From the NCBI GenBank assembly GCA_964016885.1, contig OZ024763.1, forward strand, positions 186,001 to 250,000: a DNA stretch of 64,000 nt, written 5' to 3'. The position numbers were made by a program, and so were the translations under genes. Position 1 is the stretch's first letter. Each line of letters starts with the position of its first letter. This DNA is from Eledone cirrhosa (Eukaryota). The notes under the pieces were generated by a model. It searched no databases, was not told where the DNA came from, and was given only the letters and a program-made list of their open reading frames with translations. Of the stretch, positions 15,687-29,329 are shown piece after piece.

Positions 15687-16462
15687 CATGTCTATTTGCA
15701 TATGTGTGTATATTTGCAAATGTGTTTGTGTGTATGTTTATGTGTGTGTTTGTGTAAGTATGTGTGTAAGTATGTTTGTGTAAGTATGTGTGACTATATG
15801 TATGTGTGTGTTATGTGTGGTTGTGTATGTGTGGTTGTGAATGTTTGTGTATGTGTGGTTGTGTATGTGTGTGTTTGTGTATGTGTGGTTGTGTATGTGT
15901 GTGTTTGTGTATGTGTGGTTGTGTGTGTTTGTGTATGTGTGTATGTGTGTATGTGTGGTTGTGTATGTGTGTGTCTATGTATATGTTGGTAGCCATATCA
16001 GGAATGTGGTGTGGGGTGGAGGAGAGGGGTAGGGGTTGGGTAGCCCTGATTAACTTTTGCAGGTTTCACTGGGAGAGGAAACAAATCAAGGGGGCGGGGT
16101 AGTAAGGTGAGGGTGGCTAGTATGGTGTGGGCAGGGGTGGGGCTTGTTCTGAGTACATGTGCCTGTAGATTCCAACAGCACAACTGGGAGAGGGCACTTG
16201 CCCTAGCAATGAAGGTAACCCATTGAATTTTGTGGGTTTTCTTCATGGGTGACCCTCAGACGTCACCCCACCCATCAATATTGCGGAATTTATTTGGGTT
16301 TTCTTCTTCTTCGCCTTCTTCTTCTTCTTTGACTTCTTCTTCTTCTTTGAATTCTTCTTCTTCTTTGACTTCTTCTTCTTCTTTGACTTCTTCTTCGCCT
16401 TCTTCCTCTTCTTCTTCGACTTCTTCTTCTTTGAGCAGAGTCCTCAAACACTCCTTCCAGCA

Positions 16463-16590
16463 GGCCCGCCGAGGTTAACTTTGCCTTTTAACATCCTTAC
16501 GGGGGATCGATAAAGTAAAGTACCAGTAATACACTGGAGAGTAATTGCTGGCCTTGTGCCAAAAAGTAGAAACAATTATTATTATTCTCA
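16463..16590 (+). mobile_element. SINE family 1, 5'-truncated
   Basis: Matches 12930-13035. Confidence 0.85.
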
Positions 16591-16813
16591 ATATTATTAT
16601 TATTCCCTTCCTTCTTTACTCCCCCACTCCCCCCACTCCCCCACCCCCGGTCTTTAGACACCCCCACCCCCTCCCTCTTCTAAACTCCGGTAGATTCTGG
16701 TAACATTTGATGGTCTCAGTTAATTTTGTTTAACAATCATATTGCTTGCTTCCAAGTAATTTTGGTCAGATGCCATCAATCTTGTCTTCCATCGATTCTG
16801 CTCATCCAATTAA

Positions 16814-17347
16814 CCATCATCATCATCATCATCAGCCATCATTATCGTCATTGTCATCATCATCATCATCATCTCAAACATCATCATCATCATCATTATC
16901 TTCTCATCAACCATCATCTCCACCATCATCATCATCATCATCATCATCTTCTTCTTAATCATCATCTTAATCATCATCATTGTCATCACCATCATCATCG
17001 TCATCTTAATCATCATCATCGTCATCGTCATCATCATCATCATCATCATCATCATCGTCATCGTCATCATCATTGTCATAATCATCATCATCATCTCAAT
17101 CATCATCATCATCATCATCATCATCGTCATCATCTTTTTAATCATCATCATTGTCATAATCATCATCATCATCTTCTCAACCACCATCATCATCATCATC
17201 ACCATCATCATCATCTCAATCATTGCCACCATCTTAATCATCATCATCATCTTCTCAATCATCATCATCATCATTGGCATCACCATCACCATCATCATCA
17301 TCACCATCATCACCACCACCATCATCACCACCACCACCACCACCACA
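16814..17347. repeat. (CAT)n array
   Basis: Visible repeat. Confidence 0.95.
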
Positions 17348-17468
17348 TCTCCCAATATGTCAATATGTGAGCAGTCAGCAACCATATCAAGATAATATGT
17401 CACACAATATGGAGAATTGAATGGATCAATGAATAAAAGGAGGCATGTGTATGTAGCCATATATATAT

Positions 17469-18076
17469 ATCATCATCATCATCATCGTTTAACGTCCATG
17501 TTCCACGCTTGCATGGGTTTGGACGGGAGTTTTCCCACTTGAGGCAAGAGTGATTGTCTTGCTCGCATAGGACTGTCTGGCGGGTTTTCTACAGCTGGAT
17601 GCCTTTCCTAACACCAACCACATTTACAGTGTGGGACTGGGAGGTTTTTACCCTGTTACCTACACGGCCACATTACAGCGTGGACTGTGCTTTTTTGTCA
17701 TGACACCTACACAATCTCATTTGTATCGGCCTGGATGTTGTGGTACCAACATAACTTTACATTGAAAGGGGCGGTGTGGATGGGGTGGGGTTGTGTGACG
17801 GGGGTGAATTTTGTTAGAGATGCCTACTGACTGTAGTAGGTTTTACTTTGTATTTAGGCAAGGCGGGTCTTCTCTATTACTGAGTACCGCCAAAGATCTC
17901 GGTCCAGTGACATTGTCTTGGAGAGGTGTAAGTGTGTGAGGTCGGAATTTATCAGGTCGTCCCAGGTTTTTCTGGGTCTGCCTACTCCGTGGCTACCGTC
18001 TATCTTTATTGCCCTGCACTTTTTTATACAGTTGTCATCTTTCATGCGCATCACGTGACCATACCAACATAACTTT
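17469..18076 (-). mobile_element. RTE LINE 3' fragment (same family as the 33.7-kb element)
   Basis: Encodes WYGHVMRM..GRPRKTW..RDLWR. Its 3' UTR and (GAT)n tail match 34710-35316. Confidence 0.92.
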
Positions 18077-18186
18077 ATATATATATATATATAGTATATA
18101 GTATATATAGTATAAAGAAAACGAAAAATCAGTGATGCATCTGGACTCAATTTATTGCGTGTTACAATTACAATACAATACAAGAG

Positions 18187-18240
<54 letters not shown>

Positions 18241-18353
18241 AATTAGTATATCTACCAACATATATATACAGATGCATACCTATGCCAGCAAATATATAGG
18301 TTTTGTCTTAGTAACTTTGTGGTTCAATGCATGGGGAGATGCAGAACAATAAT

Positions 18354-18499
18354 ATGAGAGACGTAAAATAAGAAAATTAACTTACTTATTAAAATTTCAC
18401 TCCAACTAATTAGTTTCTGAAAGGGAATAAACATAGTTTCCAAAGAAACGTATGAAATTTTAGTAAGTAAGTTAATTTTTATAATTTTCTTATTTTACG

Positions 18500-18510
<11 letters not shown>
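18354..18510. repeat. Fold-back repeat enclosing a degenerate hammerhead-like core
   Basis: Arms atatgagagacgtaaaataagaaaatt...aaatttca and tgaaatttt...ttttacgtctctcatat enclose CTGAAAG...GAAACGTA. Confidence 0.6.
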
Positions 18511-18550
<40 letters not shown>

Positions 18551-19018
18551 AGATTTCATTTTTCCAGTCTCCTTCTCAATGAGGAAGATGAAAAAAAACT
18601 TACCTCAACACCTAATTTTTAATTTTTAATTCTTATTAATTCTCTTTAATTGTAATACTCAACATTTGATAAGGCGAATTTTAATAATACATCGATACCA
18701 GTAATACTTTATACACTTTATAAAACTTTTTATATTTTATATACTTTATAAAATTCTTTTTTAAAACAATTGTTCCTCTCATTTTTTCAATAATGTCACT
18801 TTGACAAATCAAAGAAAAAAAAAAGAAAGAAAAACAGATCCTTAAATATATTTTCTGTGCTATTTCCAATCTCACCTTTCCTCCCCCCCCCCCCCTCTCT
18901 CTCTCTCCTTATCTCTCTCCTTCACTCTCTCTTTCTCTCCCTCCTTCACTCTCTCTTTCTCTCCCTCCTTCACTCTCTCTTTCTCTCCCTCTCTCTCTCT
19001 CTATGTATATATATATAC

Positions 19019-19152
<134 letters not shown>

Positions 19153-19425
19153 TCTAAATTATGTCCATAGAATCATTTGATAAGATATATACACCATCTC
19201 CTCTCCCAATTACCATAATCAACCACACAAAAAACCAATTAAACCAGTCTATAAGATTAAAAGGCACCTATAAAGAAATAATAGATAATTTATTAAAATA
19301 ACAGATTAGCGTTCTTATATATTTGATATATATTTATCCTTATTGAGCCCTCTTTGGATTTTAGTCTTTACATTTATCATTATTACTATCTATATATATA
19401 TATACACACACACACACACTCACAT

Positions 19426-19464
<39 letters not shown>

Positions 19465-20309
19465 TGCACACAGCCACACTCAAACATACACACACCTCCA
19501 TAGACTACAGTTTATATATCAACCACACCCTCTGCCCACCCACAGCTTTTGTGACTCACTTTATCCTCCTCCTCTCCTCTCTCTTCCTCCTCCTCCTCCC
19601 CCTCACTCTTTCTCCCCTTCCCCTCCCTCTTCCTCATCCTCCCCCTCCCCATACGTCACTGTATAAATAAAAGGAACTAGAAGATAAGCCACCCTCTCTC
19701 TCTCTCCCCCACCCAATCTCCCCCTCTCTCTCTCCACCTATCCTCCCCCTCTCTCTCCACCCACCCTCCCCCATCTCTCTCCACCAAGCCCCTCTCTCCC
19801 TCCCCATCCTCCCCTTCTCTCTCTACCTACCCTCTCTCCACAACTTAAAAGGTGTTTGCAGGAGGAGGTGAAGCCTCTTCCACACTCACCCTCAAAAAGA
19901 TGGGGACAGGGTGTTAGGTCAATGTCTTCCCACACCCCACCACGCCACCACCACCCCACTGCCCTACCATCACCACCACCACCACCACACCACCCCACCG
20001 CCCTACCACACCCCCTCTCTGTGTGTTTTATTCCCTAATTACAGTTAATTCTCTTGAAATTACCAGCAGATGGTAACTTCCGGAAACATTGCTCCAGTTA
20101 TGTGACTGTGAGGGTGGGGGGAGTATCTGTGGGTGGAGGTGGAGGGAGTCCGGGGGTGGGAGGAGTGTCGGTGGGTGGTGGTGGGGGAGTGATTGTGGGG
20201 GTGGGGGTATAGTAACTGGGGGAGTGTCTGTGGGTGGAGGTGGGGGAGTCTGTGGGTAGTGGTTGTGGGGGGAGTGTCTGTGTGTGCGTGCGTGTTGTGT
20301 GTATGTGTC

Positions 20310-20340
<31 letters not shown>

Positions 20341-20675
20341 GTCTGTATATGTGTGTGTGTATGTATATGTGTGCATTATCTGTGTGTGTGTGTGTGTGCA
20401 GTATCTGTATGTGTGTGTGTATAGGCAACATCTGTATGTCTATGTGTATGTCTACCTGCAGTGTCTATATATGTATGTCTACCTGCAGTGTCTATATATG
20501 TATGTCTATGTGTATGTCTATATGTATGTCTCTATGTATGTCTATGTGTATGTCTATGTGCAGTGTCTATATATGTATGTCTACCTGCAGTGTCTGTATG
20601 TGTATGTCTATGTGCAGTGTCTGTATCTGTATGTCTTTCTGTGTTTCAAGAATTTCATGAATTTTACTAAAATGA

Positions 20676-20995
20676 TACGTCCGCTTTTCCCTGCTTGCAA
20701 GGGTGGGACGGGAACTGATTCTGGCTTGATTTCTACAGCTGGATGCCCTTCCTAACACCAACCTCATTTACAGTGAGTGCTGGGTGCTTTTTTGCCGTGG
20801 CACCTCCACGACCACTTTGCAGTGGAATGATAGGGACCCCAGTCCCTATCATCTCATTTCTACAGCTGAGTAAACTGGAGCAATGTGAAATAAAGTATCT
20901 TGCTGAAGGATACAACACATCACCCGGTCTGAGAATTGAACTCACAACCTTTCGATTGCAAAGCCAATGCTCTAACCACTAAGCCATGTGCCTCC
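20676..20995 (-). mobile_element. SINE family 2, full-length
   Basis: Colinear with 7450-7791. Confidence 0.88.
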
Positions 20996-21011
20996 ACCAT
21001 ATATATATATA

Positions 21012-21165
21012 TGGGCTCCACTGGACACAATATGGAGGAGAGGAAAATAGTTAAATACCAGGGCCTGACTAACTGCCTCTCCTTTGTACAGGACTCAGTA
21101 GAGACCTCTGGTGTCCTTGGTCCCTGCACTATTGTGAAGTCGGAAAGTCAGCGGCCCTCTTGAAG
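21012..21165 (+). mobile_element. CRE-like non-LTR retrotransposon endonuclease fragment
   Basis: EERKIVKYQGL..CLSFV..SVETSGVLGP resembles the E.rK..KY..L...F.P.avET.G..G motif of CRE-clade restriction-like endonucleases. Confidence 0.5.
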
Positions 21166-21375
21166 AGGTAGCTCTGTGAGGTGGGGGTGGCTGGTTGCAG
21201 GTGTAGTCATAGCGATGGGGTTAGCAACAAACACTGGTCAATGTAGTCATGGCAACAAACACTGGTCAGTGAAATATGAAAGTGAAATTGATAACTAAGT
21301 GATGCATACATAAACGATATCTGATGACAAGATGTGTGTGTGTGTGGGGGGGGGGGTATATATATATATATATGT

Positions 21376-21512
21376 AATTGTTTCTACTTTAGGCACAAGG
21401 CCAGCAATTACCCAGTACATTACTGGTACTTTATTTTATCGACCCCGTAAGGATGAAAGGCAAAGTTAACCTTGGCGGGATTTGAACTCAGAATGGAAAG
21501 GGCCGTAACTCT
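21376..21512 (-). mobile_element. SINE family 1
   Basis: Matches the 12843 copy. Confidence 0.88.
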
Positions 21513-21562
21513 TTGCAATAATACAAGGACGATTTGTTAAGCCTTCATTATGTTTATTGATT

Positions 21563-21647
21563 GGTGACATGTGTTTCACCGCTGATCAGCTCAAGGTTCG
21601 ATCTGTATCGATCTGGCCTGACTCTTGAATCAACAGCTCGTCGGACC
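21563..21647 (-). ncRNA. Type I hammerhead ribozyme, CCGACGA core variant
   Basis: ggt-CCGACGA-gctgttgat...tcaag/cttga...atcagcggt-GAA-ACA-ca-TGT-C-acc. Confidence 0.7.
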
Positions 21648-21672
21648 TTCTGTGGTAGTAATGACAAAATGA

Positions 21673-23083
21673 ACACACACACACTCACACAAACACACAC
21701 ACACTCACACACTCACACACTCCCTCTCACACACACACTCACACACTCTCTCTCACACACTCACACACAAACACACTCACACACTCTCTCTCACACACAC
21801 TCACACACTCACACACACACTCACACACTCTCTCTCCCACACACACACACTCACACTCACACAAACACACACTCACACACTCTCTCTCACACAAACACGC
21901 ACACACACACACACACAAACACACTCTCTCACACACACACTCACAAACACACTCTCTCTCACACACACACACACAAACACTCTCTCTCACACACACACTC
22001 ACACATACACACTCTCTCACACACACGCACACACACTCACACACAAACGCGTGCGCGCGCGCGCAGAGTTCAGTAACCATGGAGATGGAATTAGCAACAA
22101 AATTAATCAGTGAAACAATAGCAATTAAATTAACAACAGGAATAGGTCAGTGGAAATAGAGTTGATAACAGATAAAGATGTGTGACATCTGCTGTGTGTC
22201 TGTGTGTGTGCGTGTGTGTGTGTCTCTGTATGTCTGTGTGTTTGTGTGAGTTTATATGTGTGTGTGTGTGTTTATGTGTGTGTGTTTGTCTGTGTGCATG
22301 TGTGTGTCTGTCTGTGTGTATGTGTATTATGTTTTCGTATGTCTGACTGTGTGTATGTGTGCGTATGTCTGTCTGTGTGTATATGTGTGTGTGTTGTCTG
22401 TCTATGTGTGTGTCTGTCTGTCTGTGTGTGTGTGTGTGTGTCTGTATGTGTGTGTCTGTCCGTGTGTGTTGTCTGTCTATGTGTCTGTCTGTGTATGTGT
22501 GTGTGTCTGTGTGTCTATGTGTGTGTGTCTGTATGTGTGTGTATGTGTGTGCCTGTCTGTGTGTCTATGTGCGTGTGTGTGTGTCTGTGTCTATGTGTGT
22601 GTGTGTGTCTGTGTGTATGTCTGTGTGTGTGTGTGTGTGTCTGTGTCTATGTGTGTATGTGTGTGTGTGTCTGTGTGTGTGTGTCTCTGTATGTCTGTGT
22701 TTGTGTGTTTGTGTGAGTTTATGTGTGTTTATGTGTGTGTGTTTGTCTGTGTGCGTGTGTGTGTCTGTCTGTGTGTGTGTGTATTATGTTTGCGTATGTC
22801 TGTCTGTGTGCATGTGTGCGTATGTCTGTCTGTGTGTATATGTGTGTGTGTTGTCTGTCTATGTGTGTGTCTGTCTGTGTGTGTGTGTGTGTGTGTGTAT
22901 GTGTCTGTATGTGTGTGTCTGTCCGTCTGTGTGTCTATACGTGTGTGTTGTCTGTGTATGTGTCTGTCTGTGTGTGTGTGTGTCTATGTGTGTGTGTGTA
23001 TGTGTGTGCCTGTCTGTGTGTCTATGTGCGTGTGTCTGTGTATGTGGGTGTGTGTGTGTGTCTGTGTGTGTGTGTGTGTGTGT

Positions 23084-23124
<41 letters not shown>

Positions 23125-25197
23125 TGTGTGTGTATGTGTGTGTCTGTCTGTCTGTCTGTGTGTCTATATGTGTGTGTTGTCTGTCTGTGTGTGTATCTGT
23201 ATGTGTGTATGTGTGTGTATCTGTCTGTGTGTATGTGTGTGTATGTGTATGTGTAGAGTTCAGTCACCATGACGAAATTAGCAACAGGACTTGTCAGTGA
23301 AATGTGAGTTAAGTTGATAAGACACACATCTGGTGACATCTGGTCTGTCTGGTGACATCTGTCTCTGTGTGTGTCTGTCTGTGTATGTGCCTGTATGTCT
23401 GTCTCTGTGTGTGTGTCTCTGTGTGTGTGTATGTCTGTGTGTGTATGTGCCTATATGTCTGTCTCTGTGTATGTCTGTATGTGTATGTGCCTATATGTCT
23501 GTCTCTGTGTATGTCTGTCTGTGTATGTGCCTGTATGTCTGTCTGTGTGTGTATGTCTGTGTATGTGCCTGTATGTCTGTCTGTGTGTGTATCTGTCTCT
23601 GTGTGTGTGTATGTCTGTGTATGTGCCTGTATGTCTGTCTCTGTGTGTGTCTGTCTGTGTATGTGCCTGTATGTCTGTGTGTGTGTGTGTATCTGTCTCT
23701 GTGTGTGTGTATGTCTGTCTGTATGTGTGTGTATGTCTGTCTGTGTGTGTGTATGTCTGTCTCTGTGTGTGTGTATGTCTGTGTATGTGTGTGTATGTGC
23801 CTGTATGTCTGTCTCTGTGTATGTCTGTGTGTGTATGTGCCTATATGTCTGTCTCTGTGTATGTCTGTGTGTGTATGTGCCTATATGTCTGTCTCTGTGT
23901 ATGTCTGTGTGTGTATGTGCCTATATGTCTGTCTCTGTGTATGTCTGTCTGTGTATGTGCCTGTATGTCTGTGTGTGTGTGTATCTGTCTCTGTGTGTGT
24001 GTATGTCTGTGTATGTCTGTGTATGTGTGTGTATGTGCCTGTATGTCTGTCTCTGTGTGTGTCTGTCTGTGTATGTGCCTGTATGTCTGTCTGTGTGTAT
24101 ATCTGTCTCTGTGTGTGTGTATGTCTGTCTCTGTGTGTGTGTATGTGTGTGTATGTGCCTGTATGTCTGTCTCTGTGTGTGTCTGTCTGTGTATGTGCCT
24201 GTATGTCTGTCTGTGTGTGTATCTGTCTCTGTGTGTGTGTATGTGTGTGTATGTGTGTGTATGTCTGTCTCTCTGTGTGTCTGTCTGTGTATGTGCCTGT
24301 ATGTCTGTGTGTGTGTGTATCTGTCTATGTGTGTGTGTGTGTATGTGCCTGTATGTCTGTCTCTGTGTGTGTCTGTCTGTGTATGTGCCTGTATGTCTGT
24401 CTGTGTGTGTATCTGTCTCTGTGTGTGTGTATGTGTGTGTATGTGTGTGTATGTCTGTCTCTCTGTGTGTCTGTCTGTGTATGTGCCTGTATGTCTGTGT
24501 GTGTGTGTATCTGTCTGTGTGTGTGTGTGTGTATGTCTGTGTATGTGTGTGTATGTGCCTGTATATCTGTCTCTCTGTGTGTCTGTCTGTGTATGTGCCT
24601 GTATGTCTGTGTGTGTGTGTGTGTGTCTGTCTTTGTGTGTGTGTATGTCTGTCTGTGTATGTGCCTCTATGTCTGTCTGTGTATGTGCCTGTATGTCTGT
24701 GTGTGTGTATATCTGTCTGTGTGTGTGTGTGTATGTCTGTGTATGTGTGTGTGTATATCTGTCTGTGTGTGTGTGTGTATGTCTGTGTATGTGTGTGTTT
24801 GTCTGTGTATGTCTGTCTGTGTATGTATCTGTCTCTGTGTGTGTCTGTCTGTGTATGTGTGTGTATGTGCCTATATGTCTGTGTATGTATGTCTGTGTAT
24901 GTATGTCTGTGTATGTGCCTGTATGTCTGTCTGTGTGTGTGTTTGTCTGTGTCTCTCTATCTATGTGTGTGTGTGTATATCTGTCTGTGTATGTGTATAT
25001 GTCTATGTGTGTGTGTGTCTGTCTCTGTGTGTGTGTGTGTTTGTGTCTGTCTGTGTGTGTCCGTCTATGTGTGTGTGTGTCTGTGTGTCCGTCTATGTGT
25101 CTGTGTGTTCGTCTATGTGTGTCTGTGTATGTGTGTATGTGTCTGTCTGTGTGTCCGTCTGTGTGTCCATCTATGTGTGTGTGTGTGTGTGTGTGTG
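21673..25197. repeat. (CA)n and (TG/TCTG/TATG)n compound arrays
   Basis: Visible repeats separated by short related spacers. Confidence 0.95.
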
Positions 25198-25487
25198 TCC
25201 AGTAACCATGGCAATAGAATCCTCACCCAAGCTGGTCAGTGAAATAAAGGAATGTTAATGAGTCGTTAATGAGATAAAAGACTGCAATATTGGCTGTAAT
25301 TAATGGCAGATTTCTTGGACATAGTGTTAATGGTGGTGGTGGTGGTGGTATAGTGGTAGTGGTGGTGGTGGTGGGAGGGGTGTGTGGTGTGGTGGTGATG
25401 TGTGATGGGGATATAGTGGTAGTGGTAGTGGTGATGGCGGTGGTGGGGTATAGTGGTGTGGTGGTGTGAAGGAGGAGGGCAGAAAAT

Positions 25488-25522
<35 letters not shown>

Positions 25523-25526
<4 letters not shown>

Positions 25527-25602
25527 GGTGTCCCCAAAAATTGTATATACACACTTTGAATAGAATGCTGTTGAAGTATGTATACATTTTTGGAACACCC
25601 TA
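25523..25602. mobile_element. Tc1/mariner-type MITE (~80 bp)
   Basis: TA-CAGGGTGTCCC...GGAACACCCT-A terminal inverted repeats. A second copy lies at 41752-41830. Confidence 0.75.
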
Positions 25603-25621
25603 TCCGTGTGTGTATATATAT

Positions 25622-25652
<31 letters not shown>

Positions 25653-25684
25653 ATAAATGTAATCTGAGTTTTTCGAATATTAAT

Positions 25685-25862
25685 AACTGTTTCTACTTTA
25701 GGCACAAGGCCAGCAATTGCCCAGTGCATTACTGGTACTTTATTTTATCGACCCCGTAAGGATGAAAGGCAAAGTCAACCTCGGCGGGATTTGAACTCAG
25801 ATCGTAAAGGGACGTAACTATGCTGGAAAGCATGGCGTCCGACCCTCTACCGATACTGCCAA
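25685..25862 (-). mobile_element. SINE family 1
   Basis: Matches the 12843 copy. Confidence 0.88.
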
Positions 25863-26309
25863 ATATTAATAATAATATTCGATTTGTTTGCAATTATGCA
25901 AACAGCCTCATTTTTAAAGTCATGTCAGTAGAATGAACACTTCATTCTTGCCCTTGTGTTGGCATGTAAACAGAACTGCAGACACTAATGTTTCTGGGTA
26001 TCACCCTTCATCAGTACAGCTCACTGTTCACCTGCCAAACTGTCAGAGCTAGTGAAAATATATATTTTCTAAAATATACACTGACTGATCGGCCTGATTT
26101 ACATATTAGCAGACTGGCTGATCAGTCAGATCTGCATATTAGCGGCTCCACTGATCACCCTGATTTGCATATCAGCAGACTGGCCAGTCAGTTTCCTGTA
26201 TACGAGCGATTAATGGGCGGCTTTGCCATATTTAAATTTAAAAAAAAAAAAAAATTATTGCTCTACATGGCTGAATACAATAAATGTAATCTAAGTTTTA
26301 TATATATAT

Positions 26310-26710
26310 ATCATCATCATTTTACATCTGCTCTTCCCTGCTTGCAAGGGTGGGACGGGTCTTATTCAGCACAGCATCTCTCCACTTGTCACGGTCCTTC
26401 GTCATCTCCACCGTGAGCTTCAATGATCTGAGGTCTGTTCTCACCACCACCGCCCATGTTTTTCGTGGTCTACCTCTACCACGTCTTCCTTCAACTGGCA
26501 TTTCCTGGCACTTCTTCACCCATCGGTCATCCTCCATGCGCATCACATGTCCATACCACCTCAGTCTCCTCTCCCGTACACTGCATTCTATCCCTCTCAG
26601 ACACAGTTTCTCTCTCAACACATTTATGCTGGGTCGTTCACGCACATTGACACTGCACATCCAACGGAGCATGCTTGCCTCATTTCTCTCCAGCTGTCGC
26701 ATATCCTCTG
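26310..26710 (-). mobile_element. RTE LINE 3' fragment, second subfamily with a short 3' end
   Basis: LERNEASMLRWMC...RRLRWYGHVMRM...GRPRKTW...DRDKWR, ending in (GAT)n. Confidence 0.92.
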
Positions 26711-27102
26711 CGGTGGTTGGATGGTCGTGTGGGCTGGTGTGGTGTGGTAGGTGTGTGGTAATGTAGGTGATAGGGTGGGTGGTTGGTTGGATAGCTGGGT
26801 GGTTGGCTGGGTGGTTGGATGGTTGAGTGAGTGGTGGGGTGGAGTAGTATGGTAGGTGGGTAGTAATGTAGGTGACCGGGTGTAACTTGTAATCTACATT
26901 AATTCACCTATTTATATACATCTGTAGCAAACAATCAATCAATCGTTTATTGATACAGCTTTGATCTCCTCTTCCTCCTCTCCTCTCACCCCTTCCTGCC
27001 TTCTCTCCTCTCACTCTTTCCTGCCTTCCCTCCTCTCACTTCTTCCTTTCATCATCTCTGATATCTTTTTTTTATATTTCTTCTGTCTTTCAATCTTGTT
27101 TA

Positions 27103-27582
27103 ATAATTGTTTCTACTTTTTGGCACAAGGCCAGCAAATAAATACTCAGTACATTACTGGTACTTTATTTTATCGTCCCTGTAAGCATGAAAGGCAAAGT
27201 TAACCTCGGCGGGATTTGAACTCAGATCGTAAAGGGATGTAACTATGCTGGAAAGCATGTCCGACCCTCTACCAATACTGCCAATCCACCACCCTAGTTG
27301 TTTCTACTTTAAGCACAAGGCCAGCAAATTACCCAGTACATTACTGGTACTTTATTTTATCGTCCCTGTAAGGATGAAAGGCAAAGTCAACCTCGGCGGG
27401 ATTTGAACTCAGATCGTAAAGGGAAGTAACTATACCCAGTACATTACTGGTACTTTATTTTATCGTCCCTGTAAGGATGAAAGGCAAAGTCAACCTCGGC
27501 GGGATTTGAACTCAGATCGTAAAGGCACGTAACTATGCTGGAAAGCATGGCGTCCGACCCTCTACCGATACTGCCAATCCAC
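27103..27582 (-). mobile_element. Tandem cluster of three SINE family 1 copies
   Basis: Three repeats of the SINE body. Confidence 0.88.
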
Positions 27583-28009
27583 AAGGTTAATAATGAAATA
27601 TTTCAATTGCAACTAAATAACTGTGAAAAAAATTATGTAAATTATAAGAATTAAATAACCAGATTTATTTTAAATTAAAAAAATTTGCTCAAGTTAGTTA
27701 ACTTTAAATATCAGCATTACCACATTACTACACTCTACTTCCAATATATATGTGTGTGTGTGTGTGTGTAATATAGAATTGTTTCAACGTTTGGCACAAG
27801 GCCAGCAATTACCCAGAGCATTACTGGTTCTTTATATTTATTATACATTATACTGTGTATAATATATAATAAATATATATATGTATATATAATAAATATG
27901 TATATAATATATATATATTATATATATATTATATATATAATAAATATAAATAATATATATATATATATTACACACACACACACATACATACACGTATATA
28001 TATATACAG

Positions 28010-28043
<34 letters not shown>

Positions 28044-28090
28044 TAATATATATTATATACATATATATATATAATATATAATATATATAC

Positions 28091-28122
<32 letters not shown>

Positions 28123-28559
28123 AATAATATATATATACACATATATATATACATACATATATATATATATATATATAAATAATATATATATACACACATA
28201 TATATATACATGCATATATAAAGAACAACAAGCTAACAAACAACCAAATTAACGTGAAACAGTTCTAAATGTGTCATTTTAAACAAATTTACGGCATTGC
28301 CAGTGATTTTTATGAGCTAACAATGAAGGAAAAGCAAGAATTTATTTCTTCAAAGTTGATGTGTTTGTTGTTATAATTGTGACTCTGTTATTTTTCAATC
28401 AAAACTAATAAATCAAGTCTAGAATAAACACATTGGCGACAAGGAATTGGCCAGGAACCAATGGGGGAAAATTTACATTGCAAATTTTAACTTGCTTTCA
28501 CGTATAAAATTGTTGAAATGAGTTATTTACTAAAATAATTATTTTTCATTTTTCCTTAT

Positions 28560-29152
28560 TTTTCTAGTAACTTGACTTCAATTTTTGTTGTGATTCTGTT
28601 TCTATCTTTCTTTCTGTACTAAATTTTTTATGAATATTTTTCTCTGATTAGGGTGGAAGGTTGTCAAAATTGGTAGAGCATCGCTTGCATAGAATACTGT
28701 CGTGGTTTTTGTTATGGGTCTCTACATTCTGTGTTGAAATCCCGTCGACGTAAACATGCTTTGCAATATATAGTTACATCCCTTTACATTCTAAATTCAT
28801 ATCTTGTTAGGGTTATCTTTGCCTTTCATCCTTCTCCGAGGTTGATAAAAATAAAGTACCAGTTATATAATAGGGCTGGTTTAATCTTTTTTCTAGTAAC
28901 TTGACTTCAATTTTTGTTGTGGTTCTGTTTCTATCTTTCTTTCTTTCTGTACTAAATATTTTATGAATATTTTTCTCTGATTAGGGTGGAAGGTTGTCAA
29001 CATTGGTAGAGCATCGCTTGCATAGAATACTGTCGTGGTTTTTGTTATGGGTCCCTACATTCTCAGTTCAAATCCTGCGGAGATCAACTTCGCCTTTCAT
29101 CGTTCCCAGGGTTGATAAAATAAATTACCAGTTATATAATAGGGTTGATTTA
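28560..29152 (+). repeat. ~330-bp tandem duplication containing an old SINE family 1 copy
   Basis: tttctagtaacttgacttcaat recurs at 28561 and 28890. Confidence 0.8.
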
Positions 29153-29329
29153 ACCATTTAGCATTTAAACCAACTCTCACCTCTTTCTGTTCAAACCGGC
29201 TGTAACTGGCCACTCATACTGATGTTAAGGTATTGTTCTCAAAATAAATAATATCAAAATCTCATAGATTTGATATTATGTGAGATAAAGCCTTTACCGT
29301 GAAAATACAATAGTACACATATGCCAACA

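Noticed and set aside
16726-17460. Poly-His and poly-Met ORFs
   Set aside because: (CAT)n microsatellite.
23333-25258. Cys/Val-rich ORFs in three frames
   Set aside because: TG-rich microsatellite.
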